Assembly (NCBI GenBank): GCA_963733675.1
Contig: CAVTET010000003.1
Coordinates: forward strand, 576,001-640,000
Direction of reading: 5' to 3'
Source: an uncultured Methanosarcinaceae archaeon
GTDB lineage: Archaea > Halobacteriota > Methanosarcinia > Methanosarcinales > Methanosarcinaceae
DNA: 64,000 nt
In this document: positions 1-11,560 of the stretch, one piece after another
How positions within the stretch are numbered: position 1 is the first letter of the stretch
Layout of the letters: every line of letters starts with the position of its first letter
The notes under the pieces: generated by a model
What the model was told of the DNA's origin: nothing
What the model saw: only the letters and a program-made list of their open reading frames with translations
The model's database searches: none
Position numbers and translations under genes: made by a program

Positions 1-480
1 ACTAATATCTAATATAATAATTTTGCAGTATATATAAAGGTGACTATACTTTGACCCCGTCAACAAGTTTACTGGCAACCAGAATCATACAAGATAATAT
101 GAAATCTGGAAAATGTCCTACTTTTTTCAGAACAAATTTAATTCTATCTTGATCTCGGTATTCGCAGAATGAACTACAACCATCATCACCTATTTGCATC
201 TACTATAATTTGACACTTTTACCTTTTTACTTTCTTACCTTAATTTCCCAGTGTAAATTTATTTTTGAATGAAATCTCATTTTTTTGGAAAAAAATCCTT
301 TTACAACCTTCTGAGATTAGATCCGAATTTGGGAAAATAAAAATCAAGGGGCAGAAAATTATGTGTTAAATGGATAATAGAAGTGGGTCCAAAATTTGTT
401 GCCCTAATATTTTTCTTTCATTCTTCTAAAAAATGAAAATTCCCTTCAAACCTAAAAATAAAAATGGAGAATCAGGGTTT
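1..480 (-). pseudogene. Degraded IS5-family (IS1031-like) transposase fragment
   Basis: Minus-strand pieces read IIVDA, VVHSAN and IILYDSG, resembling IS5 DDE motifs (IIVDT..VVHSAN..IWADSGY). Many stops and frameshifts; limits approximate. Confidence 0.4.
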
Positions 481-639
481 TTATCAGTATTATGACCGCA
501 AATTTCAGATGTATCGGTGGTTTTAATTCCTAGACTGTATAGGAAAATTTAATAAAGATGGTTCTCTGTCATATTTAATTCTTGTTCAGTTCTCAGTACA
601 GTATTTATCTGTTCCAAAATTTCTTCAAGCTATAATAAT

Positions 640-1260
640 GGGTATTCAGAAGATAATTGTTGATAACTGCATAGAAGAGGAGATCCGGGGACAATTGCAA
701 AGCCAATTTAATTGCCTTGGTTCGGAAGTGAAAAAGGAAAATGATTTAGAACACTACTTTTATACATTCTGATTTTGGAGATGCAAAAGAGGATAAACCT
801 CGAGAAACGAAGCAAAAATATGAAGAATTAGAGATGTAACCTGGTCAAAAAAAGTTAAAAGTCTCACTTTGGATACAAACTGAATAGTATAAGAGATCGG
901 GATTATAAGTTGATTAGAAAATTCGAAACAACGACTTTATCATTTAAAGATTCTCAGATAGATTTGTCCGAACAAAATGAAGTGGTTTCCAGAGACAAAG
1001 GATACTTTGGAGCAAAGCCAAAAGGGTTTGATGCAACAATTAAAAGAGCAGTAAAATTCCCTATTGGAATGAGTGATTTTTTTAAGAAACAAGCGAATTA
1101 GCTCAATAAAATGCTCAAAATGAAAGAGTGTATATAGTAACTAAAAAAATATTAACGGCAGAAAAAGTTTTTGTCACTAATGTTCAAAGAGTGAACCTGA
1201 AGTTATTGTATAAGACTTTTTGTTATAATAGCTATCAGTTGATGAAATTGGGACTAAAAG
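640..1260 (+). pseudogene. IS5-family transposase remnant
   Basis: Broken frames read GQLQSQFN, TFIHSDFGDAKEDKPR, SHFGYKL, then LIRKFETTT..DSQIDLSEQNEVV.RDKGYFGAKPKGFDAT (ORF 910-1101), typical of methanogen IS5 transposases. Confidence 0.7.
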
Positions 1261-1412
1261 AATAATGAACCAGAATAGAAATAACCGGGTCAAATACAAA
1301 ATTCACGAGAAAAATTTGTACAGGATTCTCGTGAGGCAATTAATGAAGAGGTAAGTTCGAATCTTCTATAGTGTAAAAAGGTATAAAGCCAGAAAAAATA
1401 AGCTGATATCCC

Positions 1413-2936
1413 ATGCATCCGAAAACCCTGCAAATCCTTAAAACATTTGAAAAAATTAATTCAATCCCTCGATGCTCAAAATACGAAGAAAAGCTTTCAA
1501 TCTGGCTGCAGGAATGGAGTAGATCAAGAGGGTTTGAGATGAAAGCTGATTCCTGTAACAATGTGCTTATAAGAGTCACTCCAACTAAGAGCTATGAGAA
1601 CTCTCCTACAGTTATTCTGCAGGGGCACATGGATATGGTTTGTGAGAAATGCAAGGGCTCGAAACATGATTTTTTTAAAGATCCAATAAGATGCGTTTAT
1701 GATGGGGACTGGCTAAGGGGCGATGGAACTTCATTAGGGGCAGATAATGGGATCGCGCTTGCAATCGGGTTAGTGCTTGCAGAGACTGGAAAAAAAGGTG
1801 AAATTGAACATCCACCACTTGAACTTCTTTTTACCGTTGATGAAGAAACAGGTTTTATGGGGGTAAGAGAACTAGAGGCTGGTTTCTGTGAAGGCAAGTT
1901 ACTCTTGAACATGGATTCAGAGGATGAAGGAGTCTTTATAATAGGGTGTGCTGGAGGACAGAATTTACTGATTGCACTTCCTATTGAATGGGAGCAGTTT
2001 GACTGTGAAAAGGAGGATTTATTTGGCTTTTTTAAGATATCGGTTGAGGGGTTGGTGGGTGGACATTCAGGAGTTGAGATTCATAGACAGCGGGCAAATG
2101 GAATTCATTTGCTCATTCGGGCATTGGTCTGGTTGAGGAACAGGATTGGGGCAGAAAGCATCAGGCTTGTTCAGATAAGCGGAGGCAGCGTTCACAATGC
2201 AATTCCTAATTTTGCAGAGGCATTTGTTGGCCTGGATATGAGAAAAACAGCAATGTCTGAGGAAATAGTGTCCAATCTCTGGAAAACTTTTCAAGCTGAA
2301 TATGCAAAAACAGATACTAACCTTGTTCTGAATCTTACGGAAGTCGATGGTAAAACAGATTTTAAAAAAGTAGGGTTTTGTATGGCCCTCAAAAAGAAAT
2401 TTACATTTGGTAGAGTCTTCTCTGCAGGGACTGAAGAGAAGCTAATAGAACTGATCCAGGAGTTACCACACGGAGTCTACAGAATGTCGGATACCATTCC
2501 TGGACTTGTGGAAACCTCAAATAACCTGGCTTCTGTGAGAACAGTCGAAAATGAAGTAAAGATTCTTTTAAGCCAAAGGAGCTCAATTACATCCAAGTTG
2601 GCTGAAATTACCTGGGGTGTAGAAGCTTTAGCAAAAATAGTGGGAGCACGGATTGAATATGAAAACTATTACCCTGCCTGGGAGCCTGACCTTGAGTCAG
2701 GGCTGCTTTCGAACTGCAAGCAAATTTACACAGAAACCTTTGGAAAAGAGCCGAAGGTAACAATCGTTCATGCAGGGCTTGAGTGTGGATTAATCGGCTC
2801 AAAATTTAGGGATATAGAAATGATTTCTTTTGGGCCTACTATTAAAGATCCCCATTCTCCTGCAGAAAGGGTATTTATTCCCTCAATTGAAAGGGTCTGG
2901 ATCTTTCTGGGAAACTTACTAAAAAGTTATCGTTGA
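1413..2936 (+). CDS. pepD: Aminoacyl-histidine dipeptidase (M20 family)
   Basis: 507 aa with LQGHMDMVCEK, LGADNGI, TVDEETG, DSEDEG, GGHSG, HAGLECG and HSPAER motifs. Confidence 0.92.
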   Translation: MHPKTLQILKTFEKINSIPRCSKYEEKLSIWLQEWSRSRGFEMKADSCNNVLIRVTPTKSYENSPTVILQGHMDMVCEKCKGSKHDFFKDPIRCVYDGDWLRGDGTSLGADNGIALAIGLVLAETGKKGEIEHPPLELLFTVDEETGFMGVRELEAGFCEGKLLLNMDSEDEGVFIIGCAGGQNLLIALPIEWEQFDCEKEDLFGFFKISVEGLVGGHSGVEIHRQRANGIHLLIRALVWLRNRIGAESIRLVQISGGSVHNAIPNFAEAFVGLDMRKTAMSEEIVSNLWKTFQAEYAKTDTNLVLNLTEVDGKTDFKKVGFCMALKKKFTFGRVFSAGTEEKLIELIQELPHGVYRMSDTIPGLVETSNNLASVRTVENEVKILLSQRSSITSKLAEITWGVEALAKIVGARIEYENYYPAWEPDLESGLLSNCKQIYTETFGKEPKVTIVHAGLECGLIGSKFRDIEMISFGPTIKDPHSPAERVFIPSIERVWIFLGNLLKSYR

Positions 2937-3178
2937 TTCAGAGTATCTCGTGAGGTTAATCTCGCAAAGAAGAGAAAGGGATTATTAATAAATCCAACTT
3001 TAATCCCAAATTTAGTAGTATTTTTTTAGAATAAATATTTTATATGATAGCTTTCCTAAAATATTTTCAAATAATAGAGGATCAAAATGCAACTTTGTGT
3101 AAACCAATGTCATCGATTATAGTCCTACTAGCTCCAATTTTATATTTTCTTCCAGACTGTTAGATTTATGCTTAAAAC

Positions 3179-3329
3179 ATAGGTAAATTTAAGATGTTTG
3201 TATTATTTCAACTTTTAAAAATTGGAGTTTTAAGAGCAAAATTCGTAAGAGCTTTCATAAATAGAAATTAATGTTAAGAGATTTAAACTCTTCAATACTC
3301 AAATGCATAGAAGTTTATCGAAATTCTCT
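3179..3329. repeat. About 150-bp dispersed repeat, copy 1 (copy 2 at 47381-47530)
   Basis: ATAGGTAAATTTAAGATGTTTGTA...GATTTAAACTCTTCAATACTCAAAT aligns almost ungapped with 47381-47530 and ends in the GTTTATCGAAATTCTCT motif of the 88-bp element family. Confidence 0.85.
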
Positions 3330-3570
3330 AAAATCTATATGTTCTCAACATAATTTCTCATTACTATTTTATTCATTAGTACATTACTCACAAACTGAAA
3401 AGTATCGAAAAACACATACATATTTGATTTTAAACAAACAAGTTTATTTCCAGTCAAACTTAACATTCTGTTACAAGTTTAATACCAAATGTTGTTTCAT
3501 TTTTAAAATTATAATACAGGATATCCAATGCTTTAGATGTGCATACCCTATCTAGAAATCCAACTATTTT

Positions 3571-4470
3571 TTATCTACTTCGATACTGAGTGTTTTTTGT
3601 TCCTGTTTTATAGTGTTTGGTTGTATCGTGTTTATGCTTATGTTTATGTTTGATCAAGTGAGTTTTAGTCTTGTGACCATTAGAGTCCTAATTTGGTGTT
3701 TTTGTTGTAGAAGGTCCACTGCCATAACCATAAGGTTCACTGCCAAACATAGGACTTTTATACATCATCAGTACAGGTATAAAAAGCAGCGGCATAGTTA
3801 GGTTCAAAATCTATACCATAGCCACCATTGTTAGGTCCGCCATTGTGATCTCTGTCATTGTTTTCGTTCTCTGCCGTGGAATTTACAGTTATCGAATTCT
3901 GAATTGTTCCACCACTAGTATAATATGTAGTATCAGTTGGTGTAAAAGTAGCAGTCAATGTATGAGTACCTACACTTAATGCACTCTGTTTATTTACTAT
4001 AGCCCCTGTTTCATCTGTATATACAAAATTTCCTGGTACTGTTTGTCCATTATACGTAGCAGTTGCATCTAGATAGGCACCCAATGCTGTATCATAGACT
4101 ATTTCTACAAGTGGCTTTGGAGTCAATGCAAGTTTAGGAGTCGTTTTACCTATAGGCGGATTATCTATAGAATAATTACCTATAAACTGTCCGAAGGCTG
4201 CAGGAACGTTTCCTACATTTACACTGGTAATAGATGGTGTTGTTTGTTGTGTCAATTACATAGATAGGGTTGTCAACAGAGTTTCCACATGTGCCTTTGT
4301 TCCATCCAGAGTTACTTCAATTAACCAAGGATAGTTTCCTACATTTGTACTAGCATAGGCAGTGTTGTTTGTTGTGTTAATTATAGAAACGGTTTCCACT
4401 TCAAAGGTTCAAATATTCAGAACGAAATGAACGAACATATATACGATATTAATTGAAACTCTTCTGGTCA
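3571..4470 (-). pseudogene. Fragmented cell-surface protein (YVTN-like propeller remnant, Ig/MBG-like domain, His/Lys-rich tail)
   Basis: Upstream frame VSIINTTNNTAYASTNVGNYPWLIEVTLDGTK resembles a YVTN repeat. ORF 3758-4255 has IVYDTALGAYLDATA..VPGNFVYT..LSVGTHTLTATFTPTD. A shifted frame ends KHKHKHKHDTTKHYK. Contains frameshifts and stops. Confidence 0.6.
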
Positions 4471-4579
4471 TAAAGCAAGTCGGATCCTGAGTCTAGTGAG
4501 AATTGATTCCAAATTTGCAAGAAATCTCATTAAAATACCACAAAAATCTAGCTGTTTTTTAAGTATGTAACTAATAAAA

Positions 4580-5050
4580 ACAAAATGCTGATATTGAATC
4601 ATATTTTATCGACGAAGGTTATGATTTGTTACTTAATCATGCATATGTATATGGTTACATATTAAAAAAAATCAGTCATCTGATGCATCAAATGCCGTAA
4701 TAAATAAGGAAGTAGAGATTGAGATAATAGATACTTGGTCAATAAAATGTGGAAAAAGGAAGCTATATCAATGCAAAATTAAACGATTAAATCAGTCTCC
4801 TTTGTTAGAATGGAAGAATGTTACAGGTTGTGATGTATTGAAAAACCAAAATGTTGAGATGATTCATTCAAAGAACTAAACAAAAAAAGAGCGAAATGAA
4901 AAACGATACATGATCGTATTAAGGATACAGTATCATCTGAAGCCAGATGAGTAAAAAAAGGAGAGTCAGAAACTCTATTCACGTTTGAACTTAATTGTAT
5001 ATCAACTGTTGGCGCTTATTGAATTACAAAAAGGATTCAAATCAATATTT
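4580..5050 (+). pseudogene. Degraded transposase (ISNCY-like, Methanosarcina type)
   Basis: Fragments DIESYFIDEGYD, SDASNAVINKEVE and IHDRIKDTV match from memory the ISNCY-type transposases of this genus; many stops. Confidence 0.5.
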
Positions 5051-5114
5051 TATTTGGAGGATCTCTCTAGGAAAACAATTGCAAATTAGATCATAGACTT
5101 TAAGAGCTAATTTT

Positions 5115-5202
5115 AGATCATTCGATAAACCTCTGATTATTACAAGTTATTTATATACCAATATAAGCATATGATTACATCTGAGGGTTTATCGGAATCT
5201 TC
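5115..5202. mobile_element. About 88-bp miniature inverted-repeat element
   Basis: TTCGATAAACCTCTGA...TGAGGGTTTATCGGAA terminal inverted repeats; internal TATAAGCATATGA shared with the copy at 35371. Confidence 0.75.
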
Positions 5203-5384
5203 CTCAAATAATTTTTTAATAATATTCTGATTTGTAGAAATGGTTTCGGAACTAAAGAGATTAGTAACTACTAGATACTAGACTGGGAATAGCTTTATGT
5301 ATCAAAAATCATTATTGTGTATCAAGAGTCTATTTTTATAGGTCCTAAAAGACACGAAATAAGCATTAAGAGAAAAGGATTCTC

Positions 5385-5645
5385 ATGAACGAAATACGCG
5401 AAATGGACCGGTTTAAGTGTAAGGTTATAAGTGTAATTCAGAATCTTATATGGAAAGGTGTAATAGTAGAAGAAAACGATACGAAAGGCCGGGTTTATTT
5501 CGGAAGAGTCAACGGTGAAATTGAGATTAACCAGGGCGACATTCTATATATAGGTATCAAGTCTATCTATGAGTTAGAAGACAAAACTATGAGAGTTACC
5601 CTCTACGATTCTGAAGATAAAAAATTGGATTGGACTCTTATTTGA
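5385..5645 (+). CDS. Hypothetical protein (86 aa)
   Basis: Clean ATG ORF preceded by AAGGA, with protein-like composition; no recognised motif. Confidence 0.65.
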   Translation: MNEIREMDRFKCKVISVIQNLIWKGVIVEENDTKGRVYFGRVNGEIEINQGDILYIGIKSIYELEDKTMRVTLYDSEDKKLDWTLI

Positions 5646-5983
5646 GATAATAAGATTCCATAATCATATCTGCTCGTCTTTCATGGATTTAGGTAGAATA
5701 ACTTGTAATTACTATCCTTTTTTTAAAAATATCACATTTTCAAATTCAATTTCAAAGGTTTTCTAAACAAATTTAAACATAGTTTTTTACTGATTTGGTA
5801 TAGATATACGCGCACAGATGTACAAATTTGTGTGCCTATTTGCCCACGATTATCCCTTTAAAGTTCAATTAATTTTTAAGCTACTGAATAGATGTATTCC
5901 TGTGTACACCTGCAGAAAGTGGGTTCTGTAATAATATTTCGCTTTTTTAATCGATTCTTTTTTAAGTATAAAGGCATAGAGCT

Positions 5984-6901
5984 TCATTCGGGCCTGTAAG
6001 GGACTTCGATTTCCATCAGGTCTTCAGCTACGCTGACGTTCTCAAATATCTTTTTTGAGTCTTTTAGAATGGGCTCAACATCAGCTGCGTAGCGCGAGCT
6101 AATATGGGTAAGAACCAATCTCCGGACTCCTGCTTCCTTTGCAAGGACTCCAACTTCACCAGCTGTCGAATGTTTTGACTCTTTCGCCCAATCTGTCATC
6201 TTGTTGGCAAAACTACAGTCATGAATTAGGAGGTCAGCATCCCTGCTAGCCTCGAGTATGGATTCACATGGTCTTGTATCTCCACTGTATACAACAATTC
6301 TTCCAGGTCTCATGGATCCCATCACATCTTCAGGCTTTATTATTTTTCCATCGACTTCGACAGGATTTCCTTTTTGTAGTTTTGCAAAAAGAGGGCCAGG
6401 TGAAATGCCCATCTTGATTGCCTTTTCCCTATTAAAGCGTCCTGGGCGAGGATTTTCCACAAGTGCATATCCCAGACTAGGGATACTGTGCTCTGTATTT
6501 AAGGCATGGATCACATAATCTTTTCCTTTCACAATGTCTCCTGGTTTTAATTGGACACCCTCGATTTCATATTTTAAGTTGAAATAACCAAAAGCTTTAA
6601 AAAGATCGGTAAATTTTAGGGTTCCTTCTGGGCCGTATATCATAAGATGTTCTTTTCTCCCCATGAAAGACATTGTCTGGATCAGTCCCGGGATCCCAAG
6701 GAAATGGTCTGCATGGAAATGAGTGATAAAAATAGATGACAGGTTCATTATTCCTGTTTTTGCTCTCATCATTTGCTGCTGAGTTCCTTCTCCGCAATCA
6801 AAAAGAATGAGTTCTCCTTCCCTATTTATCATTAATGAGGACGGGTTTCTGTTACGAGTTGGAAGGGAACCTCCAGTACCAAGAAAAATTATACGAAGCA
6901 T
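5984..6901 (-). CDS. rnz: Ribonuclease Z
   Basis: FLGTGG, FDCGEGTQ, THFHADHFLG, exosite region, YSGDT, HST and LTHISSRY motifs. Confidence 0.96.
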   Translation of the reverse strand: MLRIIFLGTGGSLPTRNRNPSSLMINREGELILFDCGEGTQQQMMRAKTGIMNLSSIFITHFHADHFLGIPGLIQTMSFMGRKEHLMIYGPEGTLKFTDLFKAFGYFNLKYEIEGVQLKPGDIVKGKDYVIHALNTEHSIPSLGYALVENPRPGRFNREKAIKMGISPGPLFAKLQKGNPVEVDGKIIKPEDVMGSMRPGRIVVYSGDTRPCESILEASRDADLLIHDCSFANKMTDWAKESKHSTAGEVGVLAKEAGVRRLVLTHISSRYAADVEPILKDSKKIFENVSVAEDLMEIEVPYRPE

Positions 6902-7113
6902 GATGAACCCATTTAATACTTATAAGGTATTTATTGATTACCACTTCACTAATACCAGAGAAACTTATAGCAGATCCAAATTGGTTAATTTGAGATTTCA
7001 CATTCTTAAAATATGTTTATTTCTGTATTTTATCATATTTTCAACTTCCAGATTCTCTCGTAATTACCGATAATTTTGAGCTAGATTTCCCTGTTTGCAG
7101 CAGTTAGATATTA

Positions 7114-7165
7114 TTATTCCAGTCGAATACCATGCAGTTTACTACGTGGTATTCGACTGGAATAA
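7114..7165. repeat. Perfect 19-bp-arm palindrome/hairpin
   Basis: TTATTCCAGTCGAATACCA (7114-7132) is the exact reverse complement of 7147-7165; the inner 14 nt also pair partly. Confidence 0.9.
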
Positions 7166-7190
7166 ATATGTTGTCAAGCATTAACTTTAC

Positions 7191-7339
7191 GGTTGTGGTG
7201 CAAAAAATCTAGCTTTGTTACAAAATCAGTGAAAACCTTCACAATTAGGAAAGTTAATCGTTTTCATCGAAAGAAAATGATATACAAAGGCAAGAATTAT
7301 AGTGTCAAGTTGCAGAAATATTATTTTTGCAACGGAACC
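7191..7339. mobile_element. 149-bp MITE with IS6-type termini, copy 1
   Basis: GGTTGTGGTGCAAAAAA...TTTTTGCAACGGAACC; near-identical to the reverse complement of 13755-13903. Confidence 0.85.
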
Positions 7340-7985
7340 ACAGATCGAAAAGACTGAAATCCTAACATTGGATTAACGATTCTCTTTATAGATCGATGAC
7401 CTTGTTCAATAATGTTATTCAAATACCTGGTTTGTCTAATTTCAACATTTTTAAACAAGTTCGTCTCATTTTTCAGTTCATCTATAGCAGGTGGATAAGC
7501 TGGATTCTTATCAACGGTTATTACTCTTGGAATTTGGTTATGATTAGAACTCAAAGCTTTCTTAAGAAATCTCTTTGCTGCTTATCTATCTCGTTTTGAA
7601 CTTAACATGAAATCAATTGTGTCTCCATCTGAGTCAACTGCTCGGTAAAGATATTTCCATTTACCTTTTACTTTGATATAGGTTTCATCAACTCTACATG
7701 AATCATTTGTTGGCCTTAAGTGCCTTCTGATCCTCTTTTCTATCTCAGGTGAATATTGATGTACCTATCTCATTATAGTACTGTGATCAACTTGAATTCC
7801 CCTTTCTGCCATCATTTCCTTTAAATTTCTATAGCTCAATGGATATTTTAAGTACCATCCTACTGTTTGCAGAGTGATCTCGCCTACAAATTGTTTCCAT
7901 TTAAAGGCATTCAATGGCATATTATATACTCTTAAATTCATATTTATTTCATAGTATCGATCTAATATTTTTTTGCAACGGAACC
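7340..7985 (-). mobile_element. Truncated IS6-family element
   Basis: Left TIR at 7970-7985. Transposase starts at ATG 7920 (FKWKQFVGE..VDHSTIMR), has an in-frame TAG at 7765-7767, and continues VDETYIKVKG..ITVDKNPAY..LNNIIEQ. The 3' end is replaced by the MITE. Confidence 0.85.
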
Positions 7986-8210
7986 AAATAAAGTATAAAT
8001 AATGATAATTTGGTAGCCATAAGTCTTTATCAAAATCTGCTTTTATTATCTGCAACTTATTTTACATTGAGTGCATTCTTGTCTAAAATTTATTTTATAG
8101 GCTCTCCATAATTTGCTTTTTTTAAATCACAAACTTTATTAATATAAACGCAATTTAATTTGATTTAATTTAAATCATATTTACTTGACTTGATATTTCA
8201 TGGTGATCCT

Positions 8211-8921
8211 ATGCATATAATGGAAGGCTTTTTACCGGTGTTCTGGTGTCTAATATGGTTTACAGCATCAATACCAGTGATTGCATATGGTGTTTACAAC
8301 CTTAACAAATTAGTGAAAGAAAAACGCGAGATATTATCTATCCTTGCTGTCGCAGGTGCATTTATCTTCGTACTTTCCTCCTTGAAAATGCCTTCCGTTA
8401 CAGGAAGTTGTTCCCACCCTACAGGAACAGGTGTAGCTGCAATCATTTTTGGACCTGCGATTACTGCAGTTCTTGGAACTATTGTACTGATATTCCAAGC
8501 TTTCTTCCTAGCTCATGGAGGGCTTACGACTCTTGGAGCAAATGTATTTTCCATGGGCATCGTGGGTCCTGTGGTTTCATACCTGATTTATAAAGCCGGA
8601 ATGAAAGCCAAACTCAACTTTTATTTAATTGTCTTTCTGGCTGCAGCTTTCGGGGACTTAGCTACTTATATTACAAGTTCTACGGAACTTGCTTTGGCAT
8701 TTCCTGCAGGAAGAATCTTAAATTATGTGGGTTTCTTCAGTTCATTCAGCAAATTTCTGGAAGTCTTCGCAATTACTCAAATACCCCTGGCAATCATCGA
8801 AGGCGCTGTTAGTGCCTTACTCTTCAAGTACGTGATTGAAGTCAAGAGTGATAATATCCTTGTTGAAATGAAAGTATTGAACGAATCTTTAGTTCGTAAA
8901 CTCAGGGGGCTTTCTTCATGA
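8211..8921 (+). CDS. cbiM: ECF cobalt transporter substrate-binding component
   Basis: N-terminus MHIMEGFLP, GSCSHPTG and HGGLTTLGAN; first gene of an MNQO cluster. Confidence 0.93.
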   Translation: MHIMEGFLPVFWCLIWFTASIPVIAYGVYNLNKLVKEKREILSILAVAGAFIFVLSSLKMPSVTGSCSHPTGTGVAAIIFGPAITAVLGTIVLIFQAFFLAHGGLTTLGANVFSMGIVGPVVSYLIYKAGMKAKLNFYLIVFLAAAFGDLATYITSSTELALAFPAGRILNYVGFFSSFSKFLEVFAITQIPLAIIEGAVSALLFKYVIEVKSDNILVEMKVLNESLVRKLRGLSS

Positions 8922-9262
8922 GCAGGAAACTTGAATTTATCGTGATTGCTATAATTCTGATTTTTGTAGCTCAGTTCTTTTATATGTCTTCTACCACACA
9001 TGCTGACTATGGTGGAGCTGATGACAAACCCGTAGGTGTTATTGATCAAATTACAGGTGGGACTTACAAGCCAATTGCAAAACCTATCTGGGTACCTCCA
9101 AGTGATGAAATCGAAAGTCTGCTTTTTTGCCTTCAGGCAGCTACTGGTGCAATAATTATCGGTTACTTCCTCGGGTATTACAGAGTAAAGAATCGTTTTG
9201 AAAGCGATTTCGGTATGCAAAGGGATAAAAAGGTGCAAAGGGACGAAAAAATCCAAACATGA
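8918..9262 (+). CDS. cbiN: Cobalt transport protein CbiN
   Basis: Two TM helices flanking YGGADD..YKPIAKPIWVPPSDEIESLLFCLQAA; ATGA overlap with cbiM. Confidence 0.9.
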   Translation: MSRKLEFIVIAIILIFVAQFFYMSSTTHADYGGADDKPVGVIDQITGGTYKPIAKPIWVPPSDEIESLLFCLQAATGAIIIGYFLGYYRVKNRFESDFGMQRDKKVQRDEKIQT

Positions 9263-9404
9263 TAGACAATCCTTAATTTTTAGCCTTTAGAGGATTCATT
9301 GAAATCAGAAATTTATCGAAATACCCTTTCATTTTTTGTTGGCTATAACCCACTAAAATAGCTAATAATTTTTTAATTTTCATCCACTTATCCGCAGGTT
9401 CCCA

Positions 9405-10187
9405 ATGAACAATATTCTTGACGACTATGCTCTTATTAGCCCTCTACGGCACCGAAACAACTGGCTAAAACTGGCAATAGTTTTCTTCGGATTGATTGTA
9501 GGAGTCTCATGTGCATCCCCTATCACTCCTGTATTCATAGCTCTTTGTATGAGTTTTACGACAATTGCTTTTGGGAGGGTGTCTCCTATACTCTATTCTA
9601 AACTTTTACTTGCGCCCATGGGCTTTGCAGCTACTGGTATCCTTATAATTACTTTTTTCTCAGGCTCGGGACATGAGCTGTTGTCCTTCCAAATTATAGG
9701 TCATCCTTTTTCGATAAAGGCCGATGGACTTGAGCTTGCTCTTCTAGTCCTTTCTAGGTCCTTTAGTGGGATGTGTTGCCTTTACTTCCTTGCACTAACA
9801 ACACCTATGATTGAACTCTTTGCTGTTTTCAAAGCTTCCAAGCTACCAGAGTCTCTGATCGAGCTTACTATGCTAATTTATCGTTACATCTTCGTCTTTC
9901 TTGAAATTGCCAGTTCCACAATGTATGCCCAAACAATGAGATTAGGATACTCGAATTTCATACGTTCCATTAATTCTATTAGCATGCTTACAAGCACAGT
10001 TTTTATAAGATCTTGGGAACAGGGAGATAAGCTCTTCCTTGCAATGAACTCCAGATGTTATAACGGAAAAATGACTGTTTTCGAAGTTCAAAAGCCTATA
10101 AAAACAATAGAATTGCTTTTAACTTCTGTTTATTTCATCTCGACTATTTCCCTCTTTTATTTTACAAAAAATATATCCATTGTTTGA
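9405..10187 (+). CDS. cbiQ: ECF transporter T component
   Basis: Hydrophobic; LIYRYIFV, AQTMRLGY and AMNSRCYNG motifs. Confidence 0.9.
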   Translation: MNNILDDYALISPLRHRNNWLKLAIVFFGLIVGVSCASPITPVFIALCMSFTTIAFGRVSPILYSKLLLAPMGFAATGILIITFFSGSGHELLSFQIIGHPFSIKADGLELALLVLSRSFSGMCCLYFLALTTPMIELFAVFKASKLPESLIELTMLIYRYIFVFLEIASSTMYAQTMRLGYSNFIRSINSISMLTSTVFIRSWEQGDKLFLAMNSRCYNGKMTVFEVQKPIKTIELLLTSVYFISTISLFYFTKNISIV

Positions 10188-10198
10188 GGTAACATATT

Positions 10199-11560
10199 GT
10201 GATCATCCTTGAGACTAGAAGCCTTAAATACACCTATCCAGACGGGACTGTAGCTTGTAAGGATCTGAATATTGAAATCAAAAAAGGAAAAAAGGTCGCT
10301 TTTGTAGGGCAAAATGGCTCCGGAAAGTCCACACTTTTTCTACTTATGAATGGGACCTTAAAGCCTGATGAAGGTGAAGTTCGTTTTCATGGAATTTCGT
10401 TTAAATATGATTCCAAGTCCCTCAGAGAAATCCGAAAATCCATCGGAATCGTTTTTCAAAATTCTGATGATCAGATCTTTGCTCCCACTGTATACCAGGA
10501 TATAGCTTTTGGGCCGGCTAATCTGGGTTATTCAAAAGAAAGAGTCGATTTCTGCGTGAAGCATTCCCTTGAGCAAGTTGGACTCTCTCACCTGCAAGAC
10601 AAGCCTCCTCATCATCTCAGCGGAGGGCAGAAAAAAAGGGTTGCACTTGCAGGTATTATGGCAATGGAACCCGAAATAATCATTCTGGATGAACCCCTCT
10701 CGAATCTTGATCCGATTGGTGCGGATGAAATAATGGATCTGCTTAACGAATTTAACCAATTCGGGACCACTATCATAATCTCCACTCATGATGTGGATCT
10801 CGCATATCGCTGGTCTGATTATGTGTACATCATGTCAAACAGCAAACTTATAGGCCAGGGGACACCTACAGAAGTTTTCAATGAGCAGGAACTTCTAAAA
10901 AAAGCGGGCCTCCGTCAGCCAACTACTCTTGAAATTTATTATGAAATCGAAAGGAGAGGGCTTGCTTATGGGAAAAACTCCCCGAAAACAGTACCAGAGC
11001 TTGTTAATACCTTCAAATCACTAGATCTTATGTGGGTTGATGTTCCGCCAAAGGTCAAGGAAGGAGACAGTCTGAACCTTGGAGTTATGTATGGGGATTA
11101 TGCAACTCATTCCCCTTATGAGGCTATTAATGCTAAGGTTCTGCATATTCATCCCGATGGAAGAGCCATTGTTGAATTGAAGCGTAAGGCCATTAAAGCC
11201 GGTGGAGTTTTACTTTATGATACTAACAATTATTCCCTCAAAGAGATACAACAAATCCTGAAAGAGGGAGAAATGGTTTTTGTAGGGGCAATGGGCAAGA
11301 AAAGTAAAATTCTTGCCGAAAAGAACGGTATCCACTTAGATGTCACCTCAGGCGTTATAGACAAATCGATCTTAATGTCTCTTTGTGGAAAGCGTTGCCT
11401 CATCCTTGCAGCCGGCGGTATGATAGATCATGCTCTGAGAAGAATAAGAGAATACGTGGAAAAAAGTGGGATAGAACTTACTATGGGTGTTGTCAACCGG
11501 AAAGAAAGCTGCGAGCGGCTTGAAGAAGCAGATGATGAATCTGAAATTCTTGAGCTATGA
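10199..11560 (+). CDS. cbiO: ECF transporter ATPase with C-terminal extension
   Basis: Walker [22 protein letters not shown] and STHD; GTG start. Confidence 0.92.
   Translation: MIILETRSLKYTYPDGTVACKDLNIEIKKGKKVAFVGQNGSGKSTLFLLMNGTLKPDEGEVRFHGISFKYDSKSLREIRKSIGIVFQNSDDQIFAPTVYQDIAFGPANLGYSKERVDFCVKHSLEQVGLSHLQDKPPHHLSGGQKKRVALAGIMAMEPEIIILDEPLSNLDPIGADEIMDLLNEFNQFGTTIIISTHDVDLAYRWSDYVYIMSNSKLIGQGTPTEVFNEQELLKKAGLRQPTTLEIYYEIERRGLAYGKNSPKTVPELVNTFKSLDLMWVDVPPKVKEGDSLNLGVMYGDYATHSPYEAINAKVLHIHPDGRAIVELKRKAIKAGGVLLYDTNNYSLKEIQQILKEGEMVFVGAMGKKSKILAEKNGIHLDVTSGVIDKSILMSLCGKRCLILAAGGMIDHALRRIREYVEKSGIELTMGVVNRKESCERLEEADDESEILEL

Noticed and set aside
7990-8210. Cobalamin riboswitch upstream of cbiMNQO
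   Set aside because: The region is very AT-rich with no B12-box or structured GC stems.
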